Below are positions 50,950 to 62,758 of a stretch of DNA of 64,000 nucleotides, piece by piece (the stretch's first letter is position 1; every line of letters begins with the position of its first letter). The notes under the pieces are model-generated. The model was not told the origin of the DNA, made no database searches, and saw only the letters and a list, made by a program, of their open reading frames with translations. Both the position numbers and the translations under genes were made by a program. The DNA comes from Glaucostegus cemiculus (taxonomy: Eukaryota): positions 21,080,001 to 21,144,000 of the forward strand of contig CDPCPM010000063.1 of NCBI GenBank assembly GCA_976551045.1. The letters are read 5' to 3'.

Positions 50950-51205
50950 GGGCGGCACGATAGCATAGCGGTTAGCGCGACGCTGTTACAGCGCCAGCGA
51001 TCAGGGTTCAATTCCTGTCGCTGACTGTAAGGAGTTTATACGTTCTCCCGTGTCTGCGTGGGTTTCCTCCGGGTGTTCCGGTTTCCTCCCACATTCTGAA
51101 AGACGTACGGGTAGGTTAATTTGGGGATTTAAAATGGGCGGCGTGGACTCGGAGGGCCGAAAGGGCCTGTTACCATGCTGTAAATAAAAAATTTAAAAAA
51201 AAATT
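50950..51205 (+). mobile_element. Young HE1-like V-SINE with CR1-type tail
   Basis: CpG-rich tRNA-like head with gggttcaattcc, V core, tail gggccgaaagggcctgttaccatgctgtaaat and A-rich end. Confidence 0.92.
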
Positions 51206-53074
51206 AAGACAGATTGAATAGGCTAGGTCTGTGTTCTCCAGAGGTTAGAATTAGAGGTTTCATTGAAACTTAAAAACATTTTACAGAGATTGATAGTCTA
51301 GATACAGTGAGGATGTTTCACCTGGCTAAAGAGTCCAGTACCTAGGGTCACAGTCTCAGCAGAAGGGGATAGGCTGTTTAGGACTGAATTAAGGAGATGC
51401 TTGAAATCTGGAGCAATACACAAAGCGCTGGAGGGACTCAGAAGATCAGGCAGCACCTATAGAGGGAAATGGACAGTTGATGTTCCTGATCAAAGATTTC
51501 TAGAAGTTAAGGGAATCAAGGGATGTGGGCATAGGGTGCAATAATATTGCTGAGATTGAAGATTATCTGCAGCAGACTAGGCTAAAAAGGCCAGATGGCT
51601 CATTCAGCTCTGAGTTCTGCTCTTATGCTTTTAAATCAGCAGCAAAGGAGCAAGAAAAATGTTGAGGAGGAGCAGGACCTCAGCTGCAAATTGGCACAGG
51701 ATTGCTTACACAGTTGCTAAAGATCACCGATGATAGAGGAAGTGGTAACTACAACTGAGTGGGAGATCAACTGCAGTTGAGCAGGCAATCAACTACTAAA
51801 ATGCAGGAAACCTGTTATTAGATAGGAGGAGATCATGAACCAAAGAGGCAGAAATCAGTCACAAAAGAAATGGAGCTCAGCTCCAAATTGTTGTGAGGTC
51901 AGCTTCAAAATTGCAGGAGTTCAGCTATGAGAATGACAGGTCCACTATGGAAGACCTGAAGTTGGGCTGTGAATGAGTGCTAGTTTCTTTCCAGAAGTAT
52001 GGAAAAGGAGTTGCAACTGAGCACAAATTCAGCTGCAAAACAGTAGATCAACTGTAACAGGAGATCCAAAAGAGTGGAAGGAAAGATACAACAAGAAGGT
52101 TATCTGCTGCAAAATAAAAAGATTAGCTACAAATGAAAAAGTGCAAAAAAGCATGAGAACCTACATCCAAGAGCAGGATATCATCAACAATAAACTGGGA
52201 AATCTGTTCCAAAAGTATAGGAGATCAGTTACAACAATGTGTAAGATCCACTACAACAGACCAGGAGATTAGCTGAACAGTGAAAAAAATTGGGAGAACA
52301 GCTTCAAATGAACATGAGTTCAGCTGCAAAACAATGGCAACTTGGCTATAAAATGGCAGAAAATCAGCTGAAAAGAAGCAAGAAATTAGCCACAAAAGGG
52401 CCTGGACCCAGCAGCAAAGAAAGAGATGATCAGCTACAGAGGAGCAGTATATCAGCTACAACAGAGTATGCTATCAACTCCAAGTGAGCATGAACTCTAA
52501 AAGAATAAGAGATCTGCTGCAGAATACCCGAAAAGGAGCTAAGAAAGAAGAGGAGAATAGCTACTAAAGAATGGGGGATTTCCTACTAAAGAATGGGTGG
52601 TTAACAACAGAACAAAGAGTGAACATTTATAAAAGTGCAGGAAATCAGATACAAAGGACCATCTAACAAGATATAAATGATCAGGAATTCCACAACAAAG
52701 AGCAGGAGATTAGCTACAAAACTGCATGAAATAATCTACATAAAAGGAAGGGATCATCTACAGAACAGCAGGAGGTCATCTTCAAAAGAGTGGGGGAGCA
52801 GATACAAGTGAACAGAAATCAGCAACAAAGAACAGGAAATCATTCAGGAAAGTGTGAGAGATCATTGAGAAAAGAGTTGAAGATCAGCTGTAAGACAGTG
52901 GTTGATCAGTTACTAAAGAACTGGAGATCAACTAATAAATAGCAGGAAGTGGTACAAATGAGCAGGAAATCAGTTACAAAAGAGTAACAGATCAACTGCA
53001 AAGCAGAGGTAAATCTGCAATCAGAAACAGGAAGTCAGCAAAAAAAAGCACAAATTCAGAAAAAAGATCGGGCA

Positions 53075-53985
53075 AAAATCAGGAATAAGGAAATGGCAGA
53101 GAACTAAAATACTTTGTGCTTGTCTTCACAGAAGAAAATGTAAAACAACATGTCACATATACAAGAGAAACAAGGGTCTAGTGAAAATGAGGAATTGAAC
53201 AAAATTGGTCATAATAAATAAAACACCACTAGAAAAGTTGATGAGCTGGAAAAATGTAATGTCATCCACTTTGATGTACAGATGAGAAAAACAAAGTATT
53301 ATTTAAATGGTAGGAAACTGGAAAATGTTGACATTGAAAGAGATTTCAGTGTCCTTGTATAAGTCATGGAAATCTAATATGCAGGTACAGCAAGCAATTA
53401 GGAAGGCAAAGTGTATGTTGGCCTTTAACATGAGAGGATCTGAGAACAGGAATTATGTGCAACTACACCTAAGGTCAGTGTACAATTTGGTCTCCTTCTC
53501 TTAAAAAGTCTTGCCATAGAGGGAGTGCAACAAAGATTCACTGGATTGGTCCCTGGATGGAGGGTTTTCCATATGAGGGCAGAGAGACTGGCTCTACATT
53601 CTCTAGAGTTTAGAAGAATGACAAGTAATCTCGTTGAAACTTACAAATTTCATACAGGGCTTGACAGGGTGTATATAGAGAGGATGCCTTTCCAGGCTGA
53701 AGAGCCTCGAACTAATGGTCGAAGTCTTGGAATAAGGGAGAAAGATGAGAAGAAATTTCTTCATATGGAGGCTGATGAATCTTTAGAATTCTTTACCCCA
53801 GAAAGCTGCGGGGCTCAATAATTAAGTTCAAAACAGAGGTTGACAGATCCCAGACATAAAGGGAATCAAGGGAAATGGGATTACTACAGGAAAATGGAGC
53901 TGAGGTAGAAAATCAATGATGATCTTGATGAATGGCAGAGCCAGACGACCTTCTCCTTCTCCTAATTCTTATGATCTTTTGGGCT
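53075..53985 (+). mobile_element. Decayed, internally deleted CR1
   Basis: MQVQQAIRKAKCMLAF; VQQRFTGLVPG..LEFRRM. Confidence 0.75.
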
Positions 53986-55269
53986 TATGCTACAGAGGAG
54001 ATATGCTGCAAAATATCAAGAAATGAGCTAAAAAAGAAAAGAAAGTTACAAAAGGGCAGAAGATTGGCTGTAGAAGAGCAGCAAATCAGCTACAATAAAG
54101 TATAAAAGAGTAAAAGAAAAGGCAGAATAGAGCAGGAGATCAGTTAAGAAAGATAGGAGATCACATACAAAAGAGCAAGAGCTAGATACTAAAGATCAGG
54201 TACAATAGAGCTGGAAGTCAGCAGCAAAAGAACTATAAGTAAGCTACAAAATACCAAGACAACAGCTAGAACCTGATCTGGGCACAAAATGCAAGAAACC
54301 AACTTCATTTAAGAGGGAGATCAGCTGCAAAAGAATAGGAGATCAAGCAGAGAAAACAGAAGATCAGCTACATTAGAGCTGGAGCTGAGACAGAATAGAG
54401 TGGAAAATTAACAGTAAACAAGCAGAAGATGGGCTGCAAAAGACCAGAGCATAAGATACTAAAATCAGAAAATGAGCTCTAGAAGAGCAGGACATCAATT
54501 ATAAATGAGCAGGACAGGTGCCATAAAAGAGTAGAAAATCAGGTAAAAATGATGAACAGATCAATCACAAAACAGTGAAGCATAACCTCCAAAAGAGCAG
54601 GAAAGCATTTACAACTGAGTAGAGGATAAACATCAAAAAATTATGAGCTCAGGCATAACAAGATCAGAGATGAGCCATAATAGTGCAGGGCATCAGCTAC
54701 AAAAGAGAACTCAGACACAAATGAATGGGAAATCAGCAGCCAAAATTAGCTACAGAAGAGAAGATCAGCTATGAAAGTGCACAAAGTCATCTACAAAGAG
54801 CAGGTGACCATCAACAAAAAGACAGGAGATCTGCCAAAGAACAGGGAATCTGTTGTTAAAAAAAGCAGGGCATGGGCAGGAAAATGGCAGGAAAATAGCT
54901 AAAAGCGGCTGGAAAAATATTAAATAGAACAGGATATCAGCCACAAAGCAGTGGAAGGTCGGCCGTGAGAGGACAAGTCATCTGCTACAAAATGAGGAAG
55001 TGACCATCTACAAAAGAAGATCAGAAAATCAGTGACAGGTTGCCCACAAAAGATCGCTTACAAACGCATATGAGATGATCTACAAAAAAGTAGAAAATCA
55101 TTTACAAAAGAGCAACAGGTCATCTAACAAAAAGCTAAATGATGAAACCATGGTAGACCTACCAAAAAAAGAGAAAATCAGTTGCAAAAGTCAATCATCA
55201 AACTGATATGTCATGAAAGAGAGAGAGATCAGTTGCAGAAGTGGTGGAGATTAACTACATATGAGCAGG

Positions 55270-55475
55270 AGATAAAAACAAAATGCTGGAAACACTCACC
55301 AGATTATGCAGCATCTGCGAAAAGAGAAACAGCATTCAACACTTCAAGTTCTGATGAAGGCTCACTGGACTTGAAACATTAACTCCGTTTCTCTTTCCAC
55401 ATATGCTGCTTGACCTGATGAATGTTCCTAGCTTATTTATTTTTATATTAGATTTTTAGAATCTGCAGCTTTTTA
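55270..55475. mobile_element. Penelope-like inverted-repeat element
   Basis: aaatgctggaaacactc...ctgatgaaggctcactggacttgaaac...atgctgcttgacctg. Confidence 0.65.
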
Positions 55476-56691
55476 ATCTACTATGAGCATGAGATCATCC
55501 ATAAATGGACTAAAGATCAACTAAAAAAAACATGAGATCAATCTTTGTAAGAGAGCAAGTTCAACTATGTAAAAGTGGGCGATCCACTGAAAAAGTGCAG
55601 GAGAATAGCTATAAGTTAGCTGAGGAGCACAAAACAGTTGAAGATCAGTTACAAAAGAGCAGGAAATCAGTAATGGAAGAGCAAGAGATAAGCTCTAAAA
55701 GAGTGGGAGATCAGTAAAAAAAAATGTAAAACAGCTACAGAGTAGTAGCAGATTATCAACAAAACAAGATCACCACAAAGTTGAAAGCGCTCTCTGACAA
55801 AAAAAGCAGGGACTAAGCTGTAAAGAGGAGATTCACTACAAAAGAACAGAAGATCTTCTAAGAATAGAGATCTTCCCATCTAAGACTAGCTTAGATGGGT
55901 ACCTTGGTTAGCATGGACCAGTTGAGCCAAAGGGCTTGTTTCTGTGCATTATGACTCTATGAGATCAGTTCTAAAAGGGCAGAAGAAGCAGTTAAAAGAG
56001 TGGGAAATCAGCTAGAAAACAAAACGGATCAGCCACAAAAGTGCAGTTTAGCTAAAAAAAGGAGAAACTACGAACGAACAAGAGATCAGCTACTAAATAC
56101 CAAAACATCAACTTTAAAAAGAGGAGATTGGGTATGAAAAAGTGGGTGATGGGCCAGAAATGAGGGTGAGATTATCAACATGTGAACAAAAGCTCAGCTA
56201 TAATGAAGCAAGTTACATATGAACAGGAAATCAACTACAAAAGTGCAGCAGTCCAGCTACAAATAATCAGAAGCCATGGAAGAGTGAGAGATCAGTTTCA
56301 AAAGAGAAAAAGGATCCACCATAAAGCAGCAGAAGAAATTAAGAGTGGGAGTCCAGCTACAAAAGATCAGGAGATCAGTCAGAAACAAGTAGAAGATCAG
56401 ATAATAAAAGAAGAAACAACTAAGGGAGAAGACTCAGTTACAGAAGAGGAGGAAATCACTTACAAAGTAGCAGGAGGCCAGCTGCAAAAGAGCAGGAAAT
56501 CATCTACAGAACAGTGGGAGATCATTTACTGTATAAAAGTGCATATGGACCATCAAAGGAGATCAGCAACAAAAGAGTTAGAGATCAGTTGTAAAACCAT
56601 GGTAGATTAGCCACGAAAAGGGATGTGATCAGCTACAAGAGAGGGGATTCCTTGCCAAAATGGCAAGAGAATTACAGTAAAAGGCTGGAAC

Positions 56692-57850
56692 TTGCAGGCC
56701 GCAGTCAGTCAAAATTGGTGAAAACACCTCAAGCACCATCACACTGAGCACTGGCTCCCCACAGGGTTGTGTGCTCAGTCCGCTCCTGTTCACCTTGTCG
56801 ACTCACAACTGTGAGGCCAGATCCAGCTCCAACCGCATTGTTAAATTTGTCGATGACACGACAGTGGTGGGTCTTGTCACGAATGACGATGAGTCGGACT
56901 ACAGAGAGGAGGTGAAACAACTAGCCGTCTGGTGCTATGACAACAACCTCTCCTTGAATGTGGATAAAACCAAGGAGATGATAGTGGATTTTAGGAGGGG
57001 TCACCGTGTGCACACCCCGCTGACCATCAACGGGTCTGCTGTGGAACAAGTACGCAGCACCAAGTTCCTGGGGGTGCACATCACTAATGACCTGACCTGG
57101 TCCACTAATATTATGGCCCTCACGAAGAAAGCTCAGAAACGCCTCTACTTCCTGCGGAGACTGAGGAAAGCGAACCCCCATCCCTCCGTCATGAAAACCT
57201 TCTATAGGGGGACCATTGAGAGCATCCTAACTCAATGTATCACTGTTTGGTTTGGAAGCTGCTCAGCTGCCGAGCGGAAGTCCCTCCAGAAGATAGTTAG
57301 GGCTGCGGAGTGGATCATAGGTGTCTCGCTTCCATCCCTCGCAGACATATACAAAGACCGTTGTGTGAGGAAGACCAAAAGCATAATGGCCAACCCTTCT
57401 CACCCCTCCAACCACCTCTTTACAATTTTGCCATCAGGGAGGAGGCTTAAATGTATCAGGGCAAGAACGACCAGGCTGAACAATAGCTTCTTTCCGCAAG
57501 CCATCAGAACTGCAAACTCTCTCATCCCTCCATCTTCCTTGTTAACACTAAGAGATGCTAGGTGCACAGAAATGCACCAGCACTTTAAATGCCCGCCACC
57601 AGCCTGTTCACTTTAATAACTATTTATTTATTTACCGGCCATTTTTAATTTAATCTGCATATTAATTTAATTTTAACTTCCGTAGTTTTTAATGTTTAAT
57701 GTTTTTTAATGTTTATTCTGCAAGTGTGTATGTGTGTCTCTGTTGGTTGTTAATTTATGGGACGAGCACCTGAGGAGGACGGTATCTCACTCCTATGCAT
57801 ACTATGTATGTATATGGTTGTGACAATAAAACTGATTCTTCTTCTTCTTC
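56692..57850 (+). mobile_element. Rex1/Babar LINE, 5'-truncated, with open 281-aa RT C-terminal half
   Basis: TGSPQGCVLSPLLF, KFVDDTTVVG, WCYDNNLSLNVDKTKEMIVDFR; tail gattcttcttcttcttc. Confidence 0.95.
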
Positions 57851-58134
57851 AACTGAGTCACTAAAGAGTAAGAGATCAGTTAAAGAGAGATAATTCATCT
57901 ACAAATGAGCAGAAGACATGACACACGTGCCCAGATCAACAATGAAACTGCTGTTGATTAGCTTCAAAAGAGCTGGAGATTAGCTATGAAGGTGCCAGAG
58001 ATCAGGTTGAAATTCATGGGATGCCAGTGAAATAGGAACAGAAGATCATCTTCAAAAGAGTCAAGATCACCTAAGAAAAATAGCAGAAGATCAGATGCAA
58101 AAAGCAGGAAGTCAGCTACAATAGTGCATGAGAG

Positions 58135-60375
58135 AGGGAGTATATTGTGGATAAACAGATTGAACACTGCACTGTGTATGGGGGAGCATTTAAACTGAGG
58201 GAGTGAAAAGGACTATGGTGATAATAGTGGGCAGTATTGTTAGGGGTGTAAATACTGTTTGCTGCACTGCTGAGCATGAATCTCAAAGTCTGTTTTGCCT
58301 GCCTGACGCCATAGTGAAGGACATCTTCTTGGGGCTGGAGAGCAATTTAAAGTAGAAAACTGAAATAAGAAGTATGACATTTTATGTTAATTGAAGTCGA
58401 AAAGTCCATGTGAAACATGGTCAGGACAAAGAAGGGGGATTTGCTTAAAGAATATAAGCTCCTAATTAAAAAGCACACCTACAAAATTAAAAAAAAACTG
58501 GATTACTACCTGAGCCATGCCTAACCTAGCACTGTGTAACGAAGATCAGGGAAATTAGATGCACAGCTGAAAGACTGGTGTGGGAGAAGTGAATTTCAAT
58601 TGGTGGCATTTTGGCACTAGTACTGAGAAAAGAAGGAACTGTTCCATTAGGATGGTCCTCACTTGATTAGGCTGGGACCATTATCCTAACATATCAAATA
58701 ACTGGAGATGCAGAGAAATATATAAACTAAATATTAGAGGAGAGGGAGAAGGGGGATGGTGTCAGATTTGAGAGGGGAAATTAAGAAAATTGTAGCAAAA
58801 TAGGTAATGATAACCAAAGGAATCAGGAAGGGGCAGTGCATATGAACAAACCTCCAACTGGAGTCAGAGCAAGGAAAAAATGGTACAAAGACAAAACTGA
58901 AGCCTCTTTATCTGAGGGTATGTAACTTTCATAACTAGACAAGTGAATTAAGAACACATGGTTAAAATGTGACCAAGATTTGGAATTAAATATTCCATAA
59001 TACTGAACTTTTAGAAGCGACAGATGAAATAAAAAATGAGGCCAGGTGGTCCTGATATTAAATAATGGGATAAAGGCAGTAGAGACAAAAGATTTTAGTT
59101 CAGAAAATCAAAAAGCAAAATAAGTTTTTGGAGCTGAGAAACAGCAAAGGGCAAAAAACATTGGTCAGAATTGTATATTGGTCCATTAAATGCAATGGTT
59201 GTGATGAGTGGGGTGCTGCAGAGATTGGGGCTGGGGCTCCAGCTGTTCGCAGTCCATTATCAATGATCTGAGTGAAAGAATTGTGCATAATGTATCCAGC
59301 CTTGTGATGACACAAAGCTAAGTGGCAGTACTGCCTGAGAAAAGATGCAGAGGATCTCCTGGAAATTATAAACAGGTCGTGAATAGGCAACGACATGGCA
59401 CTTTGCATGGCCTTAAAGTAATGGGTATGAAGTTCGAGGGAGATAACAGAGGGAGGTTTTTCACCCAGCTATAGTTGGTGCATGGAGTGCGCTGCCTGGG
59501 GTAGTGGTGGAGGCAGATACGTTGGTCAAGTTCAAGAGATTGTTAGATAAGCATATGGAGGAATTTAAAATAGGGGGATATGTAGGAGGAAGGGGTTAGA
59601 TAGTCTTAGGCGTGGTTTGAAGGTTGGCACAACATGGTCGGCTGAAGGGCCTGCATTGTCCTGTATTGTTTTATGGTTCTAAAATAGGGAAGGGTGGAAC
59701 AATTTTTAAATGGCAACAGATTGAAAGATGTTGAGGTTCATAGGGAATTGGGTCTCCTTCAAAAATTACTGGAAGTTAGGATGCAGGTTCAGCAAGCAAG
59801 GCAAATGGCTTGATGGCCTTATCAGAAGAGGATTTGAGAAAATTGGTAGAGATTCCATTTACATAGACTGTATCTGGACTATTATTTACATATCTGGTCT
59901 CTTTACCTAAGGAAGAATATAATCATGGTATAGGGGTGCAGCGAAGATTTACCAGAATGTTTCCTAGGACTAGAGAGGAGTACTTTCGCGTATGAGGAGC
60001 AATTCAGACTTTGCCTAAACTTAATTGAGACGAGAACAATGACAGATGATTTCACTGAAACAGACCAGATTTTTAATGGGCATGACAGGACAGATATAAA
60101 GCTGATGTTTCCCCTGGTCAAGATGTCCACAACCAGGGGGTTATAATCTCAAATAAGGGATCAGCAATTCAGGAGAGAAGTGGAGGGGAAAAAAAACCTC
60201 CACATGGTGGGTAGTGAATCTTTGGAATTTTCCATTCAATAGGCCTGTGAAGGTTCAGTTGCTGAGGATATTCAAAGCAGAGATCAATGTATTTTCAGAG
60301 AAAAATATCCCTAAATGACAGGAACTTTAGGAACACTGATGTACTCTTGGGGTGCAAGTCCATAGCTCCTTGAAA
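58135..60375 (+). mobile_element. Old CR1 (ORF1 and ORF2 remnants) with nested younger CR1 3' end (59400-59680)
   Basis: Esterase-like remnant 58210-58720; RT remnant; nested tail ggcacaacatggtcggctgaagggcctgcattg. Confidence 0.7.
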
Positions 60376-60377
60376 GT

Positions 60378-61250
60378 AGCAACCTGGGTCCATCAGCCTT
60401 TTTTTTCCTTGTCTACTTCCAGATATCAGTCACCTGCCTGTATCTCAACTTCACCCCTTCCCTTCCCCCACATGGCTCCATCTGCCCTTCACCCTTTGCC
60501 CCTCCTCAGCTGTCCACCTGTCATCTACAGGCTCTTGTATCACTCCTCCTCCTTTCTATTTTCCCTCTCCACTCTTAGTCCTGATGCAAGATCTCAACCT
60601 GAAAGATTGATATTTCCATTCCCCCACAGATACTGCTCAACCTGCTTGTAGCTAAGCTTCCTTTCACTTGTAGCTGATCCCTCAGTCTTTTGCAGTTCAT
60701 CACCTGCTCCTTCATGCCTGATCTGCCACATTTTTGAATTTGATCTCCTGCTCTCTTCTACAGCAATTTTGTGGCCATGCTGATGCTCTTTCATATCCAA
60801 GCTCAAGTTTACTTGTAGTGATGGACCCAGGTGAGGAAAGGGAAAGTGGACACAGTTGCCAGAGGATGAAAAGCAGTGACACAAAAGCTACCAGTCCTGG
60901 AATCTGATCAGTAAGAAAGACAATGATGGGAACCATTAAAGAAGAGATGAAGGGCAGATGGAACCATATGAAGGGATCCATTGGATGGTATGTGTGGATT
61001 GGCAGGTGCATGGAACCAGGAATGAGGACAAAAGTTAATGATGGGAGGCTGGAGGGGAGGTAGGGGAAAGTGAACAAAAATCAGGTGGCCAGAGGTGGAT
61101 CAGAAGGAGAGAGAGAGGGAAACATAGGAGGTAAGAGTTCCCTGAAATTGGAAAATTCAAAGTTTATACAATTGGGTTGTAGGCCACCCAGGCAAAATAT
61201 CCAGTGTTGTTCTAGTTTGCACTGGCAGTGGAGTAGGCTGAGGACAACCT
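60378..61250. mobile_element. Two opposing Penelope-like pieces enclosing an inverted 22-bp-repeat block (60645-60820)
   Basis: Plus piece ends ctgatgcaagatctcaacctgaaag..actgctcaacctg; minus piece includes ccctgaaattggaaaattcaaagttta. Confidence 0.6.
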
Positions 61251-61653
61251 CAATACCAATTTCCTACCCTGCCCCTGTATCCCCTGATTTCTCTAATATC
61301 CAGATATTGTTTGGTCTCTGTTTTGAATGCAGTCAATTCTGTGTGTCCACATCCCTCCTGAGTATAGAACTATAAATATGCATCATCCTCTGAATCCTGA
61401 ATGGCCTGTTCCTTTGAAACTGTGAGTTCCATTTCGGGAACTTTCAGTAAGAGAAACACTCTATCATATCTACCATGTTAGAATTTTGTAAATGTCCTTG
61501 AGGTAATTTTTCATGCTTCAAATCTCTAGCGAACAGAGGCAGAGCCTCCTCAATATCTCCTAATATGACAGTGGCCCGCCCCCCCCCCCCACAAGTTAGT
61601 GAATTTTTCCCACAATCACACTGTAGCATGTATATTCCTTTTTAGGCAAGGAG

Positions 61654-61922
61654 ATTGGTATTGGTATCGGTTTACTATTGTCACTTGTACCGAGGCACAG
61701 TGAGAAGCTTGTCTTACAAACCAATCATACAGGTCAAATCATTACACAGTGCAGTTACATTGAGTTAGTACAGAGTGCATTGATGTAGTACAGGTAAAAA
61801 CAGTAACAGTACAGAGTAAAGTGTCACAGCTACAGAGGAAGTGCAGTGCAACAAGGTGCAGGGTCACAACAAGGTAGATTGTGAGGTCATAGTCCATTTC
61901 ATTGTGTAAGGGAACTGTTCAA
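61654..61922 (-). mobile_element. Rex1/Babar family 2 3' end
   Basis: Matches 32148-32412. Confidence 0.85.
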
Positions 61923-62025
61923 GTCTCAAAATCATACACAGTTCTTCTGGTCTGACTATGGCAAGGCATCTGTACACTTGTACTCAAGTCCTCTTGCAAT
62001 AGAGCCCAGTATATAATTTGTCTTC

Positions 62026-62079
62026 TGTTACAGGTTACGTTGCTATTTGGTGAATGTCCCTTTAAGACATCGTACAGTA

Positions 62080-62123
<44 letters not shown>

Positions 62124-62758
62124 GGCGTTATTACGAGAACAACAGGAGATCACAACGTACTGATGTTTTGGTTCAGTCGGAGTCAGAAGGAGAGAGGGGG
62201 AGAGGCACTGCCTGCTGGTCTCTGTATCAATGGATGAAAAACAATAACTGTGTCTGTCACTACAATCCACGTATGGATTTTTGGAATAAAACAGTGGAGC
62301 CCACTTTGTCATTAACCTGTAGTGGGAAACAGGTATTTGTGTGGACAGCCACATCTTGAATGCCTTTCAGGGTGGCAGATACTTCAGAACAAAGCAGTGG
62401 AGATCATCAGTGACTGAGGTGTCGTATAGGTTCCATCGTGGAACATTCGGATTTCGTAATGTCTCTGTTCTCTCTCTACATTTTCTCTTCAGTCAACGGT
62501 GGTTTTGCAGAAGTCTTTGCTCACATTTCACCTTATGGCTTGCTGATCTGAACCTTGAGAACTATTCCTGGACTTGGAGTTTGGGAATTTGCCACACACA
62601 GTTTTGGGGGTTTCTTGTTTAATATCTAACATTATTACTTCTAACATTCTAACATTTTTACTTCTATTTTTCTTATTATCATAAAGTAGTTATTAATAAC
62701 ATAGTTTCTAACACCTATACGTGACTCAGTGCGTTTCTTTTGTTGCTGGTACGTAACA
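62026..62758. mobile_element. Solo LTR (733 bp), Gypsy-type by its 4-bp TSD
   Basis: Termini TGTTAC...GTAACA; perfect TSD CTTC at 62022-62025 and 62759-62762. Confidence 0.85.
62084..62118 (+). repeat. (GT)n microsatellite inside the solo LTR
   Basis: Seen directly. Confidence 0.95.

Larger units (their letters stand above)
50320..51630 (+). mobile_element. CR1 3' fragment carrying nested Penelope-like element, V-SINE and small Penelope-like piece
   Basis: LLQLNRTLMRPHFE before 50420; the CR1 resumes at ~50870 and ~51206. Confidence 0.7.
43540..58130 (+). repeat. Long degenerate 22-bp minisatellite (consensus ~AAGAGCAGGAGATCAGCTACAA), broken by many TE insertions
   Basis: Units such as aaagagcaggagattagctaca (52697) and gagggagatcagctgcaaaagaataggagatc (54313). 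Blocks at 43540-44128, 45022-45110, 49440-50310, 51635-53065, 53990-55270, 55480-56690 and 57851-58130. Confidence 0.85.

Noticed and set aside
50950-51030. tRNA gene
   Set aside because: It is a tRNA-derived SINE head continuing into the V core; the same applies at 4805 and 12230-12301.
56182-56610. 142-aa Glu/Lys/Gln-rich ORF
   Set aside because: It is a translation of the 22-bp array; neighbouring array sequence is full of stops and no clear splice signals were seen.
43540-58130. CRISPR-like array
   Set aside because: Vertebrate context, contiguous degenerate monomers without unique spacers, and no cas genes.
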